A stretch of DNA of 64,000 nt from an uncultured Planctomycetales bacterium. Its GTDB lineage: Bacteria; Omnitrophota; Gorgyraeia; Gygaellales; Profunditerraquicolaceae. The DNA lies in assembly GCA_964545575.1 (NCBI GenBank), contig CAZJFL010000003.1, forward strand, positions 55,000 through 118,999. The letters run 5' to 3'. The notes under the pieces are model-generated. The model did no database searches. It was not told where the DNA came from and was given only the letters and a program-made list of their open reading frames with translations. The position numbers and the translations under genes are program-made. Numbering within the stretch: position 1 is the stretch's first letter; each line of letters starts with the position of its first letter. This document shows, in pieces, positions 44,990-54,788 of the stretch.

Positions 44990-45105
44990 CTTAGTTATGC
45001 CGCCTACGGCGGTGTCATTTTCTAAAATTATAAGAGCCAGAAAATGAATAAGGCAGGCCTCTTTAGCCTGCCTTTTAATAGGTGGTTAATTTAATAGCTA
45101 AAAAC

Positions 45106-45558
45106 TTATTCTGCTACCTGCGGTGCTATCGTATTATTAGAGGCATCCGGCATCGCCCCTTCTTCTTCGGGGGGTATTGCTTCGGTAGCTTCCGGCTTTT
45201 CTACGCTGATATTTTTGGCGATATTCTTTCCTTGGTCAGTAATGATATAATCGATGCTGACGTTATCCTGTATTCTAAGGTCGGCCAAAGATTTTACATT
45301 CTCGTAAGCGGTTTTATCGTCAGCGGTGATAAGCATTTGTTTTTCCGTATCCGTTTCATAATCGAGGTATTTGACCGAAATAGAGTTGGTTTGCGGATTG
45401 AGAGAAACTACCTCGCCCCAGAGCCATTGCACTTCCGGTTCACTGGCCAGAACCGGCTGTTCTTTATCCGCGCTCTCCTGCGAAACGCTAAGACCGTAAC
45501 CTAAAAGGATTAAACCAGCCGCTATAATACCCAGAATAAAATACCGCTTAAATTTCAT
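45106..45558 (-). CDS. Hypothetical secreted protein
   Basis: 150 aa. Signal/TM anchor; acidic Glu/Pro-rich C-terminus. Confidence 0.3.
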   Translation of the reverse strand: MKFKRYFILGIIAAGLILLGYGLSVSQESADKEQPVLASEPEVQWLWGEVVSLNPQTNSISVKYLDYETDTEKQMLITADDKTAYENVKSLADLRIQDNVSIDYIITDQGKNIAKNISVEKPEATEAIPPEEEGAMPDASNNTIAPQVAE

Positions 45559-45612
45559 CTTCTCCTCCCTTTAACGAAATTGACTATAGCATAAGTTATA
45601 TTGTTTGTCAAG

Positions 45613-46887
45613 CTATCTCCAGATAAACCAGTTAAAGAGCGACCCTAAGAATACGGCGATCAGCGTAAAGGGCAGGCCTATCTTTAGGAATTCGCTGAAT
45701 TTTACCTGATAGCCCTGTTTGCGCAATATCCCCACGGTGACCACATTACAGGAGGCGCCGATCGGCGTAATATTGCCCCCCAAACAGGTTCCGATTAAAA
45801 GCCCGAATAAAAACGGATACATCGGCATGCCAAGATTTAAGGCTACAATTTTAGCTACCGGGATCATCGCTACGGTGTAAGGTATATTATCCACAAAGGC
45901 AGAGATCAAAACCGACATCCAGACTATCAGCATATAAGCAAAAAAGGCGTTTTGGCCGGTAAACGAAGATATATATTTGGCAATCTCCTCGATTACCCCG
46001 TTATAAGTAAGGCTTCCGACGAGGATAAATATCCCGATCAGGAAAAAGAAGGTCTGCCAGTCTAAATTCTTCACTAAAGAAATGCCCTCGCGGTGCTTCA
46101 GTTCATGCCAGATCAGCCCGACTGCTGCCCAGGATAAACAAATAATCGCCACCGTATGCTGGGGCTTATTCTGGATAAATGAAGCTAGCACCAGGCTTGC
46201 CACCATTAAAGACATTAGTATCGCCGGTACCCAGGTTTTAGGTCTAATAATTTTTATTTGCGGGGGTGCCTGTCTGTGCTTCTTAAAAATCAGCCATAAA
46301 ACAAAAAGGGCTCCGATGGCACCCAGTTCCACGGCAAAAAATATCCCGGGCCTGCCCTTCATCCAGAAAAAATCGTTAAAATTCATCCCGGATTGCATCG
46401 CCAGAATAATACTGGGAGAATCTCCGATCATCGTAGCCGTCCCCTGGAGATTTGCCGAGAGGGCTACTCCGATAAGCAGGGGAACCGGGTTTATCTTTAT
46501 ATGCCGGGCAATCTCCAAGGCTATCGGCGCCACAATTAAAACCGTAGCCACATTCTCGGTAAAGCTGGAGATAAAACCGCTTAGGCCGCAGACTAAGAGC
46601 ATGGCTACGGCTATGCTCTTAGATTTATCTACTAAATTGGCAGCCAGATACGCCGGCACTCCGGAATAAATAAACAGTCCGGATAAAATCATCGTGCCTA
46701 AAAAGACACCTAAGACATTGATGTTTATAGAGCCGACTGCCCCGGATAGATTTATTGCGGAGGTCAAAAAAAGCGTCGCGACGCCGATATACACCGCCAC
46801 CAATGCTAAGAAATGTTTCTGCCGGTTCATAAAGTAGCTGATAAAGGCATAACAAGCCAAAAATATGGCGAGCGCTAAATATTTCAT
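45613..46887 (-). CDS. ArsB/NhaD-superfamily (CitMHS-like) anion/ion permease, divergent paralog
   Basis: Polytopic membrane protein. The shared motif GGNITPIGASCNVVTVGILRKQGY aligns with the two downstream paralogs. The probable start is the internal Met at about 46887. Confidence 0.55.
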   Translation of the reverse strand: MKYLALAIFLACYAFISYFMNRQKHFLALVAVYIGVATLFLTSAINLSGAVGSININVLGVFLGTMILSGLFIYSGVPAYLAANLVDKSKSIAVAMLLVCGLSGFISSFTENVATVLIVAPIALEIARHIKINPVPLLIGVALSANLQGTATMIGDSPSIILAMQSGMNFNDFFWMKGRPGIFFAVELGAIGALFVLWLIFKKHRQAPPQIKIIRPKTWVPAILMSLMVASLVLASFIQNKPQHTVAIICLSWAAVGLIWHELKHREGISLVKNLDWQTFFFLIGIFILVGSLTYNGVIEEIAKYISSFTGQNAFFAYMLIVWMSVLISAFVDNIPYTVAMIPVAKIVALNLGMPMYPFLFGLLIGTCLGGNITPIGASCNVVTVGILRKQGYQVKFSEFLKIGLPFTLIAVFLGSLFNWFIWR

Positions 46888-48266
46888 CGGTAGATAGGAG
46901 TAAATATCAGGATAAGCCAGACTACACAAGTAGTAACTAATCCGACTGTAAGGCCAACCCAGAACCACCTAAAAAATGTCACGCGGATATTCTTCTCTTT
47001 TTCTAATATACCTAAAGCAACAATATTTGCGGTTGAACCGACCAGGGTAATATTGCCACCGAAGCAGCCCCCGAAGAGTAATGCCCACCATAAAGGTTGT
47101 AGGTTTAGATTTAAACCCTGAAAGCTCTGGATGACCGGGATAAAAGCCGCAACCAGCACCACGTTATCCAGGATGCTCGAACCTATAGTAGAGATCCAGA
47201 GCACTATTCCGATTAGGACCGGCAGGCTATTACCGGCAAAGCCAGCTAGTTTTTTTGCCAGAACATCCGTTGCTCCGGTGTATTTAAGTGTTCCTGCCTG
47301 GGCAAAGAGCAATAAAAAGAATAAAAGCGTCCACCACTCCACATCCTTCTCGATATAATCCCTAGCCTTCTGCCATTTCCAAGCCATCACCAAGCCGCTT
47401 GAGATAAGCGGTATGGTCAGCAATACGGTATTGGGCTTCAGGTGCCAAAGGACTTCCAGGCGGTGGTGAAAGGCAATCGAAAGTAAGGTTGCGCCGAAGA
47501 TTGATAATCCTATCTTAAGCTCCTTCTCCGGCGGAATGGAAATGAGCTTAATAAGCATATCATTGGCGCCTAACTCTTTCATCTTACGGTCTAGTTCAGC
47601 TAACGGCTTTCTGTACCAAAACTTCACAATAAGAATCGCAACTATAAGGCACAATAACATCACCGGAAAAGCCTTGATAATAAAGTCTTCGAAAGTAAGC
47701 CCGGACTTGGTGGCAATCAGCACGCCGATGGGGTTGCCCAGCACCGTGCCGCTTGAGCCAATGTTGGTGGCTAAGACCGAAATGATTAAAAAGGGCGTAG
47801 GCTCAACTTCAAAATAATCGCAGATTTCAAAGATTGCCGCCACGACAAAAATAATCGAGGTCACCTCATCAATAGCGCAGGCAAGCAGCCCCGAAATGAC
47901 CGAAATAATAATAAGAAACTTATTGGCAGTGAGGTTTTTTAAACGCAGAATGAGGCTGACAATCCAGGCGAAGAAGCCGGAGTCTTTAAGTAATCCCACC
48001 AAAACCATCATCCCTACCAGAAAAAGGATAACTTCCAGGGATGAAAACTTTACTACATTATCCAAATCTATAGTCTGGGTTATCAATAATACGGAGGTAC
48101 CCAGGAAGGCAAAAGTCAGGCGGAAACTCCAAAAAAAGAGCGTGCCTAATATAGAGAAGGAGAATATCGAAATGGATAATGCCTGCGAAAGATTTAAGCC
48201 GATCTTTAAGCTCAGGAAAAATAACCCCGCTGCTATAGCCGCGACAAAAATTAGCTTCTTGAGCAA
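46884..48266 (-). CDS. ArsB/NhaD-superfamily permease, tandem paralog 1
   Basis: 460 aa. GGNITLVGSTANIVALGILEKEKNIR; about 70% identical to the next gene. Confidence 0.6.
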   Translation of the reverse strand: MLKKLIFVAAIAAGLFFLSLKIGLNLSQALSISIFSFSILGTLFFWSFRLTFAFLGTSVLLITQTIDLDNVVKFSSLEVILFLVGMMVLVGLLKDSGFFAWIVSLILRLKNLTANKFLIIISVISGLLACAIDEVTSIIFVVAAIFEICDYFEVEPTPFLIISVLATNIGSSGTVLGNPIGVLIATKSGLTFEDFIIKAFPVMLLCLIVAILIVKFWYRKPLAELDRKMKELGANDMLIKLISIPPEKELKIGLSIFGATLLSIAFHHRLEVLWHLKPNTVLLTIPLISSGLVMAWKWQKARDYIEKDVEWWTLLFFLLLFAQAGTLKYTGATDVLAKKLAGFAGNSLPVLIGIVLWISTIGSSILDNVVLVAAFIPVIQSFQGLNLNLQPLWWALLFGGCFGGNITLVGSTANIVALGILEKEKNIRVTFFRWFWVGLTVGLVTTCVVWLILIFTPIYR

Positions 48267-48290
48267 TTTATTTATCCTTTTACCTGTAGC

Positions 48291-49673
48291 TTAACGGTAC
48301 ATCGGAAGAAATAAAAGTGCCGCCCAGACTACTATGGTAGTCACCACTCCCACCGTAAGGCCAATCCAGAACCAGCGGAAAAAAGTCATACGGATATTCT
48401 TTTCTTTTTCTAAGATACCTAAGGCCACGATATTGGCGGTAGAACCGACTAAAGTGATATTCCCTCCGAAGCAGCCGCCGAAAAGCAACGCCCACCATAG
48501 AGGATGTAGATTAAGATTCAAGCCCTGAAAACTCTGGATGACAGGAATAAATGCCGCCACTAAAACTACGTTATCCAGCATACTGGAACCTATGGTAGAG
48601 ACCCACAGAACTATACCGATTAAAACTGAAAGGCTATTACCGGCTAAAGAAGACAGATTTTTGGCCAAGACATCGGTTGCACCGGTATATTTGAGTGTGC
48701 CTGCCTGGGCAAAAAGCAGCATAAAAAATAAAAGCGTCCACCATTCTACGTCTTTCTCCACATAATCGCGCGCCCTGCGCCACTTCCAAATCATCACTGC
48801 GCCGCTGGCAAAAAGCGGCATGGTCAAAAGCACAGTGTTAGGCTCAAGGTGCCAGAGAAGCTCCAGGCGGTGGTGGAGCGAGATAAAAAAGAGAGTTGCT
48901 GCGAAAATCGCTAGGCTGATTTTCAGTTCTTTTTCCGGCGGGACGGAGATGAGCTTAATGAGCATTTCGTTAGCCCCTAATTTTACGATATGTTCATCCA
49001 TTTGCTTTATGGTTTTTCTGTACCAAATAAGCACCACGAAAATCATCACCACCAAACATCCCATTGCCAGAGGAAAGGCTTTAACAATAAAATCCTCAAA
49101 AGTCAGTCCTGCCTTGGAAGCAATCAGGATTCCTACAGGATTACCCAATACCGTAGCGGCGCTGCCGATATTGGTAGCCAGCACGGAAATAATTATAAAC
49201 GGGACGGCGTCAACATCGAAATAATCGCAGATTTCTAATACCGCCGCCACCATAAAAATGATGGAGACGACTTCCGAAGTCATAGTGGATAAAAGTGCGG
49301 AGACTATGGAGATTATGACCACAAACTTAGTGGCGGTCAGGTTCTTGATCCTAAGTATCAGCTGCACTATCCAGGCAAAAAAACCCGCCTCTTTAAGAAG
49401 CCCTACCAAAATCATCATCCCTACGAGGAAAAGGATAACGTCCAAAGAAGCAAACTTAATCACATTCTCCAGGTCTATGGTGCGGCTCATCAGAAGTATC
49501 GAGATGCCTAAAAAAGCAAAACCCAGACGGAAATCCCAAAAGAACAATGTCCCTAATATAGACGCGGAAAATATGGATATGGCGGTGGCTTGATGAAAAT
49601 TAAGCCCGATATTTCTGCTTAAAAAACCTAAGCTTAAAGATATCAGAATAAGAATGATAAACTTTTTTACCAT
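48291..49673 (-). CDS. ArsB/NhaD-superfamily permease, tandem paralog 2
   Basis: 460 aa. Collinear with 46884..48266, same length and conserved blocks throughout. Confidence 0.6.
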   Translation of the reverse strand: MVKKFIILILISLSLGFLSRNIGLNFHQATAISIFSASILGTLFFWDFRLGFAFLGISILLMSRTIDLENVIKFASLDVILFLVGMMILVGLLKEAGFFAWIVQLILRIKNLTATKFVVIISIVSALLSTMTSEVVSIIFMVAAVLEICDYFDVDAVPFIIISVLATNIGSAATVLGNPVGILIASKAGLTFEDFIVKAFPLAMGCLVVMIFVVLIWYRKTIKQMDEHIVKLGANEMLIKLISVPPEKELKISLAIFAATLFFISLHHRLELLWHLEPNTVLLTMPLFASGAVMIWKWRRARDYVEKDVEWWTLLFFMLLFAQAGTLKYTGATDVLAKNLSSLAGNSLSVLIGIVLWVSTIGSSMLDNVVLVAAFIPVIQSFQGLNLNLHPLWWALLFGGCFGGNITLVGSTANIVALGILEKEKNIRMTFFRWFWIGLTVGVVTTIVVWAALLFLPMYR

Positions 49674-49678
49674 AATAA

Positions 49679-50116
49679 TCAGCTAGTGAGGGCACTGAGC
49701 ACATCGCAGCGTGCCACGATGCCCACTACTTTACCGGATTTATCCACTACCGGGACACGGCGGGCTTTCTGGGTCAGAATGACCCTGGCCACCTCGCAGA
49801 TAGTAGTATCTTCCGTAGTAGTAATCACGTCTTTACGCATCAATTGGGCAACCTTCATCTTGCTTAATTCCTCGGCCTTCCTCTTGGTGGATTTTGGGTT
49901 TTCTTCATAGATAAATCTTCCTACTTTTTCTATATAGCTGGGCAGGATATACGACAGGATATCTTTTTCGGTAAACATCCCCACCAGCTTGCCATCTTTA
50001 TCAATAACAGGCAGCCCGCTAATTTCCATTTTCTTTAATAAATCCAACGCTTCCTGTGCACTAGTATCCGGAAAGACACTTATCACATCTTTAGTCATAA
50101 TCTCTTTTACCTTCAT
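49679..50116 (-). CDS. CBS-domain pair protein
   Basis: 145 aa with two CBS motifs. Confidence 0.75.
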   Translation of the reverse strand: MKVKEIMTKDVISVFPDTSAQEALDLLKKMEISGLPVIDKDGKLVGMFTEKDILSYILPSYIEKVGRFIYEENPKSTKRKAEELSKMKVAQLMRKDVITTTEDTTICEVARVILTQKARRVPVVDKSGKVVGIVARCDVLSALTS

Positions 50117-50135
50117 CTCTCCTCCTTATCAAAAG

Positions 50136-50702
50136 TTATAATATTTCTTTAAGGCGGGACTTTAGTTTTAAATATATTACGGAAGCGCAAAAGGCCTTTA
50201 CTAAATCTCCTGTAAGAAACGGTAGGAATCCGATCAATAACAGCTTGTCCCACGAATAACCAAAAATGACTTTAAGCCAGATAGTCCCGCTGGCTAAAAG
50301 TATCAAGTCGCCCAAACAAAAGACGGCCAGCGTATAAAATAAATTATCCGGGGTATATTTTATAAATCTACCGATAAACAGGGCGGCTAAAATAAAACCT
50401 AAGAGGTAGCCTCCGGTAGGACCAAAAAAATATAATAAACCGCTGCCTGCGCCGCTAAATATAGGAATACCTACCAGACCCAGAAAGATATAGCTGGCTT
50501 GAGTAACTGCCCCGAAACCGCTTCCTAAGAAAGCTGCGGATAAGAGCACAAAAAATGTCTGTAGCGTAAGCGGCACCGGACTAAAGGGCAAGGGGATACG
50601 CACAAAAGCGCCCAGGCTCATCAGGATTACAAAAATCAATACCCCCAGAATCCGGCTTACGGCCCTGTTAAGAGTGATTTCCTTGGTCAGAATAGTCTCC
50701 AT
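50136..50702 (-). CDS. bioY: Biotin ECF-transporter S component BioY
   Basis: 188 aa, 6 TM helices. BioY family pattern. Confidence 0.75.
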   Translation of the reverse strand: METILTKEITLNRAVSRILGVLIFVILMSLGAFVRIPLPFSPVPLTLQTFFVLLSAAFLGSGFGAVTQASYIFLGLVGIPIFSGAGSGLLYFFGPTGGYLLGFILAALFIGRFIKYTPDNLFYTLAVFCLGDLILLASGTIWLKVIFGYSWDKLLLIGFLPFLTGDLVKAFCASVIYLKLKSRLKEIL

Positions 50703-50753
50703 GATTATTCTCCCGCGATAATGAAAATTGAATTTTTAGAATAAGCTTATAAC

Positions 50754-50933
50754 CTACTCTTTGGCTATTGCCAGGGTAATGATGCCTGCCAGAAGCAGAA
50801 ACGGCCCGGCGCAACCTTTAATCACTAGCCATGTCTCCTGCCACCAGAGGCGCCCGATCAACAGATAGATTGCCAGCCCTAAGAAAACTAACCCCAAGAC
50901 CGCTTTCAGAATAGTCCCTAATAACTTGCCCAT
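50754..50933 (-). CDS. Small two-TM membrane protein
   Basis: 59 aa. The ORF track's longer 116-aa call overlaps the upstream gene; the internal start MGKLLGTILKAV is more plausible. Confidence 0.35.
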   Translation of the reverse strand: MGKLLGTILKAVLGLVFLGLAIYLLIGRLWWQETWLVIKGCAGPFLLLAGIITLAIAKE

Positions 50934-50934
50934 A

Positions 50935-51864
50935 CTATCCACCTCCTTCTGTGTTCGGCCTGCTCTTCCAGCGCCGATGAATCCAGCTCCATTCCGCCGG
51001 ATAGCGCCGGATGTAAGATTCAATGATATCGGTGAGCTTCTGAATATTGATCTGCACAAACTCTTGGCGCATCTTTCCTTCCGCCAGATTAAAAGGCGGC
51101 TCAAAGATAATTTTATGGGTATCGTCTTTCTGGCGCAGAATGAAGCAGGGTAATATAGGGGCGCCGGTACGCTGCGCCAGGACCACCGGCCCCGTAGCGG
51201 TAGCTGCTTTCTTGCCGAAAAAATCTACGAAGACGCCACCTGCTGAGCCGAAGTTCTGGTCGATAGGAATAAAGACTATTTCGCTGCCGCGCAATGACCT
51301 GATAGTCGCCTCGACGCAGGCGCGGCGCGGCTGGCTGTAGATAGTTTTTATGCCAAAGCGGGTACGCGCGCCCAAAAACATCTTTTCCGCGCGCTCATCG
51401 CGCATCGGCCGCATAATACCGGCGATTTTATATCCCTGGAGGCTTAGCTTCGACATCAGCAGAGGAAAATTACCAAAATGCGCGCTCACCAAAATCACGC
51501 CTTTGCCCTGGGATAGGGCGGCATCCAGGTTATCTTGGCCGGCTATCTGCACGCGTTTTTTTACTAGCGCCGGCTTATTTAAGAAATACATCATCTCCAT
51601 CCCGCCCTTGGCCATAAAAATAAAACTATCTCTGGCTATCCGTTCTATCTCCTCTTTCGACTTCTCGTTGCCGAAGGCAATACTTAAGCTTTCCAAGGCG
51701 GTCTTTCTCTGTTTGGCGGCGATACGGTAGCCTAGACGGGAGGCATTTTGCGCAAAAGCGTATACCCAACTTCTCGGAAGTATGCTGACCAGCAAAGCAG
51801 CAAAGTTTAAACCCAGCCACCCCAGGTAACGGCTGATGGCAAGGCGTATTTTTTTTGTATCCAT
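50935..51864 (-). CDS. LpxL/HtrB-family lipid A (Kdo2-lipid IVA) late acyltransferase
   Basis: 309 aa. N-terminal TM, acyltransferase HX4D-like region (VSAHFGNFPL), overall family pattern. Confidence 0.7.
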   Translation of the reverse strand: MDTKKIRLAISRYLGWLGLNFAALLVSILPRSWVYAFAQNASRLGYRIAAKQRKTALESLSIAFGNEKSKEEIERIARDSFIFMAKGGMEMMYFLNKPALVKKRVQIAGQDNLDAALSQGKGVILVSAHFGNFPLLMSKLSLQGYKIAGIMRPMRDERAEKMFLGARTRFGIKTIYSQPRRACVEATIRSLRGSEIVFIPIDQNFGSAGGVFVDFFGKKAATATGPVVLAQRTGAPILPCFILRQKDDTHKIIFEPPFNLAEGKMRQEFVQINIQKLTDIIESYIRRYPAEWSWIHRRWKSRPNTEGGG

Positions 51865-52353
51865 CTAAAGCTTATATCCTAACTGGCGTAAGAAATTTTT
51901 ACGCCAGGCGATATCCTCTGTAGATTCCAGCCCTTTGGGCTTTGCGCCGTCAATAACACCGAGGATGCCGCGGCCCATATCGGTCTCGGCAATAATCACT
52001 TCTACGGGGTTAGCAGAAGCACAGTAGATATTGCAGACCTCGGGTATATTTTTAAGCGCGTTTAAAATATTAATCGGGTAGGCATTCTTGATAAAGATGA
52101 TAAAGCTGTGTCCGGCCGCGATTTCTAAAGCGTTCTCCGCGGCTAACTTCTTAAACTCCCCATCATTGCCCTCCACTCTCACTTTGCAGGCTCCGGAAGA
52201 TTCCACAAACGCCAAACCGAACTGGATACCCGGGACATTGTTTACCAGCATTTCGTAGATATCTTCCACGGTCTTAATAAAGTGGCTCTGGCCCAATATA
52301 AAATTTACCTCGGCGGGCTTCTGAATTTTTACTACCTTTAACTCTACCGTCAC
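51865..52353 (-). CDS. Adenosine-specific-kinase-like (DUF355) protein
   Basis: 162 aa. The pattern GQSHFIKTVEDIYEMLVNNVPGIQFGLAFVESSG resembles the small archaeal/bacterial adenosine-kinase family. Confidence 0.35.
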   Translation of the reverse strand: MTVELKVVKIQKPAEVNFILGQSHFIKTVEDIYEMLVNNVPGIQFGLAFVESSGACKVRVEGNDGEFKKLAAENALEIAAGHSFIIFIKNAYPINILNALKNIPEVCNIYCASANPVEVIIAETDMGRGILGVIDGAKPKGLESTEDIAWRKNFLRQLGYKL

Positions 52354-52402
52354 TGTCCTCTCCTTCTTTTATATCTTAACATAAAACTTAAAGAGCATAC
52401 AA

Positions 52403-53770
52403 TTATTTCTTTAGGCTTATCTTTCGGAAAGCCGAGGTATTTACCGAAAACAGCGCAGCGTAGGTTTTGGCGCAGGCTAATACAAAATCCGGATCGCCCA
52501 AAACCCTAACCGGTACGGCCAAAACCAGCCAATCATCCCCTGACTCTACACGCAATCCTTGCGGCTCGACTAATTTATTCGCATCCCAGACCCTGATCTT
52601 TCTGCCCTTAAGAATAATGCGGATCTTAGACATGCTAGGAAACGGCTTCTTATAACTGTAGCCGAAAAGGTAAAATCCGAAGCTCATTTTGCTGCCGCGG
52701 ATCTGCATTTTATCTATGCGAATCAAAAGGGCATCCTCTTCTACCGAATAAGTAACTCTGCCTTGCCCCAAAGAAGAAGCACCCCCTTCTGCATCTGAAC
52801 CCGTGTACATAGCCGACTCTCCTAAAAATTCTTTCTGTTTTGGCTCTACGTCGGGGTAATCGCTGAATAATTCGTTCCTACGGGCAAAAGACAACAGGTA
52901 AAAGGCGCTGGATTCCGTCTGGCTTTTATACGAGAGGATTGCTTGATATTTATTATCTATTTGCGCCCCTGCCAGTTCTTGTTTAAACCAGTGTATGGAC
53001 GTATCCGCAAATTGTTCGGGCGGAATTAACGGTAATTCCGGATGATAGCGCCGGGGAAGAGGCCAGCCTACCCAGTGGACAAGATAAGGATAAATCTCGG
53101 GCCTTGGAATATCTTTATTCAGGTCAGCAAGGGCGACCTGCAAAAAGAGGTAGAGCGCTTTATGGTCGAGGTTCGCGTCAGCGGGGTGCGAGACAAAAAT
53201 CTTATTGGGCTGATACTCTCCAATGATGCTTTCCAAATCCGCCAGAATACTCTCTCCTTTATAGGGCGCGCCAAAAGAACGGTTTTCTCGGTAGGGGACG
53301 GAAGAGACGCGGGTCAGCATGGTCTTAAAGGGCGACACCTCTTGCCAATGTTTAGCGAATATGGCAAACGTCCCGGAATCCGGATACCCCAGAAAAATAA
53401 GGTTGTTTTCGCCTAAGCCCAATAGCTTCATCGCCTCTATCGCTTCTTTGCGGCGCACCTCCCCCAGATGGATAAATTCACTTTTTCTTAAGGGGATCCT
53501 TTTTTCGTAAACGATAAAAGCAAACTGATTATGCTCTCCGTTTGTAAGATAGACGACGCGTATGTTTGCTCCGCTATCGATGGCCTGCTGGATGATACCG
53601 GCGCAAGCGATTGTTTCGTCGTCGGGGTGGGGAACGAGGATAAGAATCCGGTCCTGTTTTTTAAAAAGGGGCAGATTGTCAATTTGGACACGGTCTGTTT
53701 GCGGATAGGCTAAAGCATAAAATAAGCACAGCCAAAGACAAACACAAAAAATCTTTTTCGTCATCGTCAA
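52403..53770 (-). CDS. Secreted PIG-L/LmbE-family N-acetylglucosaminyl deacetylase with C-terminal extension
   Basis: Signal peptide; LVPHPDDETIACAG motif. Confidence 0.7.
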   Translation of the reverse strand: MTMTKKIFCVCLWLCLFYALAYPQTDRVQIDNLPLFKKQDRILILVPHPDDETIACAGIIQQAIDSGANIRVVYLTNGEHNQFAFIVYEKRIPLRKSEFIHLGEVRRKEAIEAMKLLGLGENNLIFLGYPDSGTFAIFAKHWQEVSPFKTMLTRVSSVPYRENRSFGAPYKGESILADLESIIGEYQPNKIFVSHPADANLDHKALYLFLQVALADLNKDIPRPEIYPYLVHWVGWPLPRRYHPELPLIPPEQFADTSIHWFKQELAGAQIDNKYQAILSYKSQTESSAFYLLSFARRNELFSDYPDVEPKQKEFLGESAMYTGSDAEGGASSLGQGRVTYSVEEDALLIRIDKMQIRGSKMSFGFYLFGYSYKKPFPSMSKIRIILKGRKIRVWDANKLVEPQGLRVESGDDWLVLAVPVRVLGDPDFVLACAKTYAALFSVNTSAFRKISLKK

Positions 53771-53894
53771 AATCAGGATTGCGCTTCTTGCTTAAGGAAA
53801 TAATTTTATCATAAGCGCGGCCATAAATCAATACGTTCTGGAAGGAACAATAAAGCAGTTGAAATAAGGGTTAAATAAATATATAATTATTTAT

Positions 53895-54788
53895 ATGGCG
53901 AAGCCAATAGACGAACACTACAGAACAATCAGATATGTGCTGCTGGTGATCCTCCTCTTGAACTGGGCAGTAGCCGCGGCCAAGATCATCTACGGGCTCT
54001 TGACGCGCTGCGCCAGTATGACTGCCGACGGCTTCCACTCCCTTGCCGACGGCGCCTCCAATATCATCGGCCTGATAGGCATCGCCCTGGCCTGCCAACC
54101 TAAAGATACAGATCATCCCTACGGCCACAAGAAATACGAAACCTTATTCTCGCTTGTCATCGCAGCGCTCTTATTTGTGGTTTGTTTTAACCTCTTTAAG
54201 GAGGGTCTAAAACGCATCCTCCATCCGGTCATACCCGAAATCAATATCACGAGCTTTATAGTAATGTTAACTACGCTGGCGGTGAATATCTGGGTGATGA
54301 AATATGAATATACGAAAGGCAAAGCTCTGCAAAGTGACATCCTGATTTCCGATTCCATGCATACAAGAGCGGATATCTTTACTTCCCTGTCGGTTATCAT
54401 CGCGCTGGTCGCGGTAAAAATCGGCCTGCCAATCATCGACCCTATCGCCACAATCATGATTTCGCTGTTTATCGCCCATGCCGGCTGGCAGATCACCAAA
54501 GAAAGCTCTGCCGTCCTCTGCGACAGCGCAGCGATACTGGAAGATAAAAAAATAGTGGATATTGTCCTGGGGGTCAAAGGCGTGAAGACCTGCCATAAAA
54601 TACGCACGCGCGGAAGGCCAGATGATATCCATGTTGACTTACATGTGCAAGTCAATCCTGATATGCACGTAGATAATGCCCACCGGGTAAGCTATGCTAT
54701 CGAAGGCGCGATTAAGCAAAATATCCCTAACGTCACCGACGTCATCGTGCACATCGAGCCGCAGGAAAAAATTTCAAATTCCCCTTAG
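53895..54788 (+). CDS. Cation diffusion facilitator (CzcD/ZitB-like) metal efflux transporter
   Basis: 297 aa. HSLADGASN and DSMHTRAD metal-site motifs; 6 TM helices plus a cytoplasmic C-terminal domain. Confidence 0.85.
   Translation: MAKPIDEHYRTIRYVLLVILLLNWAVAAAKIIYGLLTRCASMTADGFHSLADGASNIIGLIGIALACQPKDTDHPYGHKKYETLFSLVIAALLFVVCFNLFKEGLKRILHPVIPEINITSFIVMLTTLAVNIWVMKYEYTKGKALQSDILISDSMHTRADIFTSLSVIIALVAVKIGLPIIDPIATIMISLFIAHAGWQITKESSAVLCDSAAILEDKKIVDIVLGVKGVKTCHKIRTRGRPDDIHVDLHVQVNPDMHVDNAHRVSYAIEGAIKQNIPNVTDVIVHIEPQEKISNSP

Noticed and set aside
46082-46669. 195-aa plus-strand ORF, and 47131..47358 / 48538..48765 ORFs
   Set aside because: Antisense shadows of the permease genes; their duplication simply mirrors the tandem gene duplication.
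50754-51104. 116-aa ORF overlapping the lpxL-like gene
   Set aside because: The N-terminal 57 aa overlap the acyltransferase gene out of frame; only the C-terminal 59-aa membrane peptide starting at MGKLLG is plausible.
54119-54655. Minus-strand ORFs 54119..54655 and 54267..54632
   Set aside because: Antisense to the well-supported CDF transporter gene.
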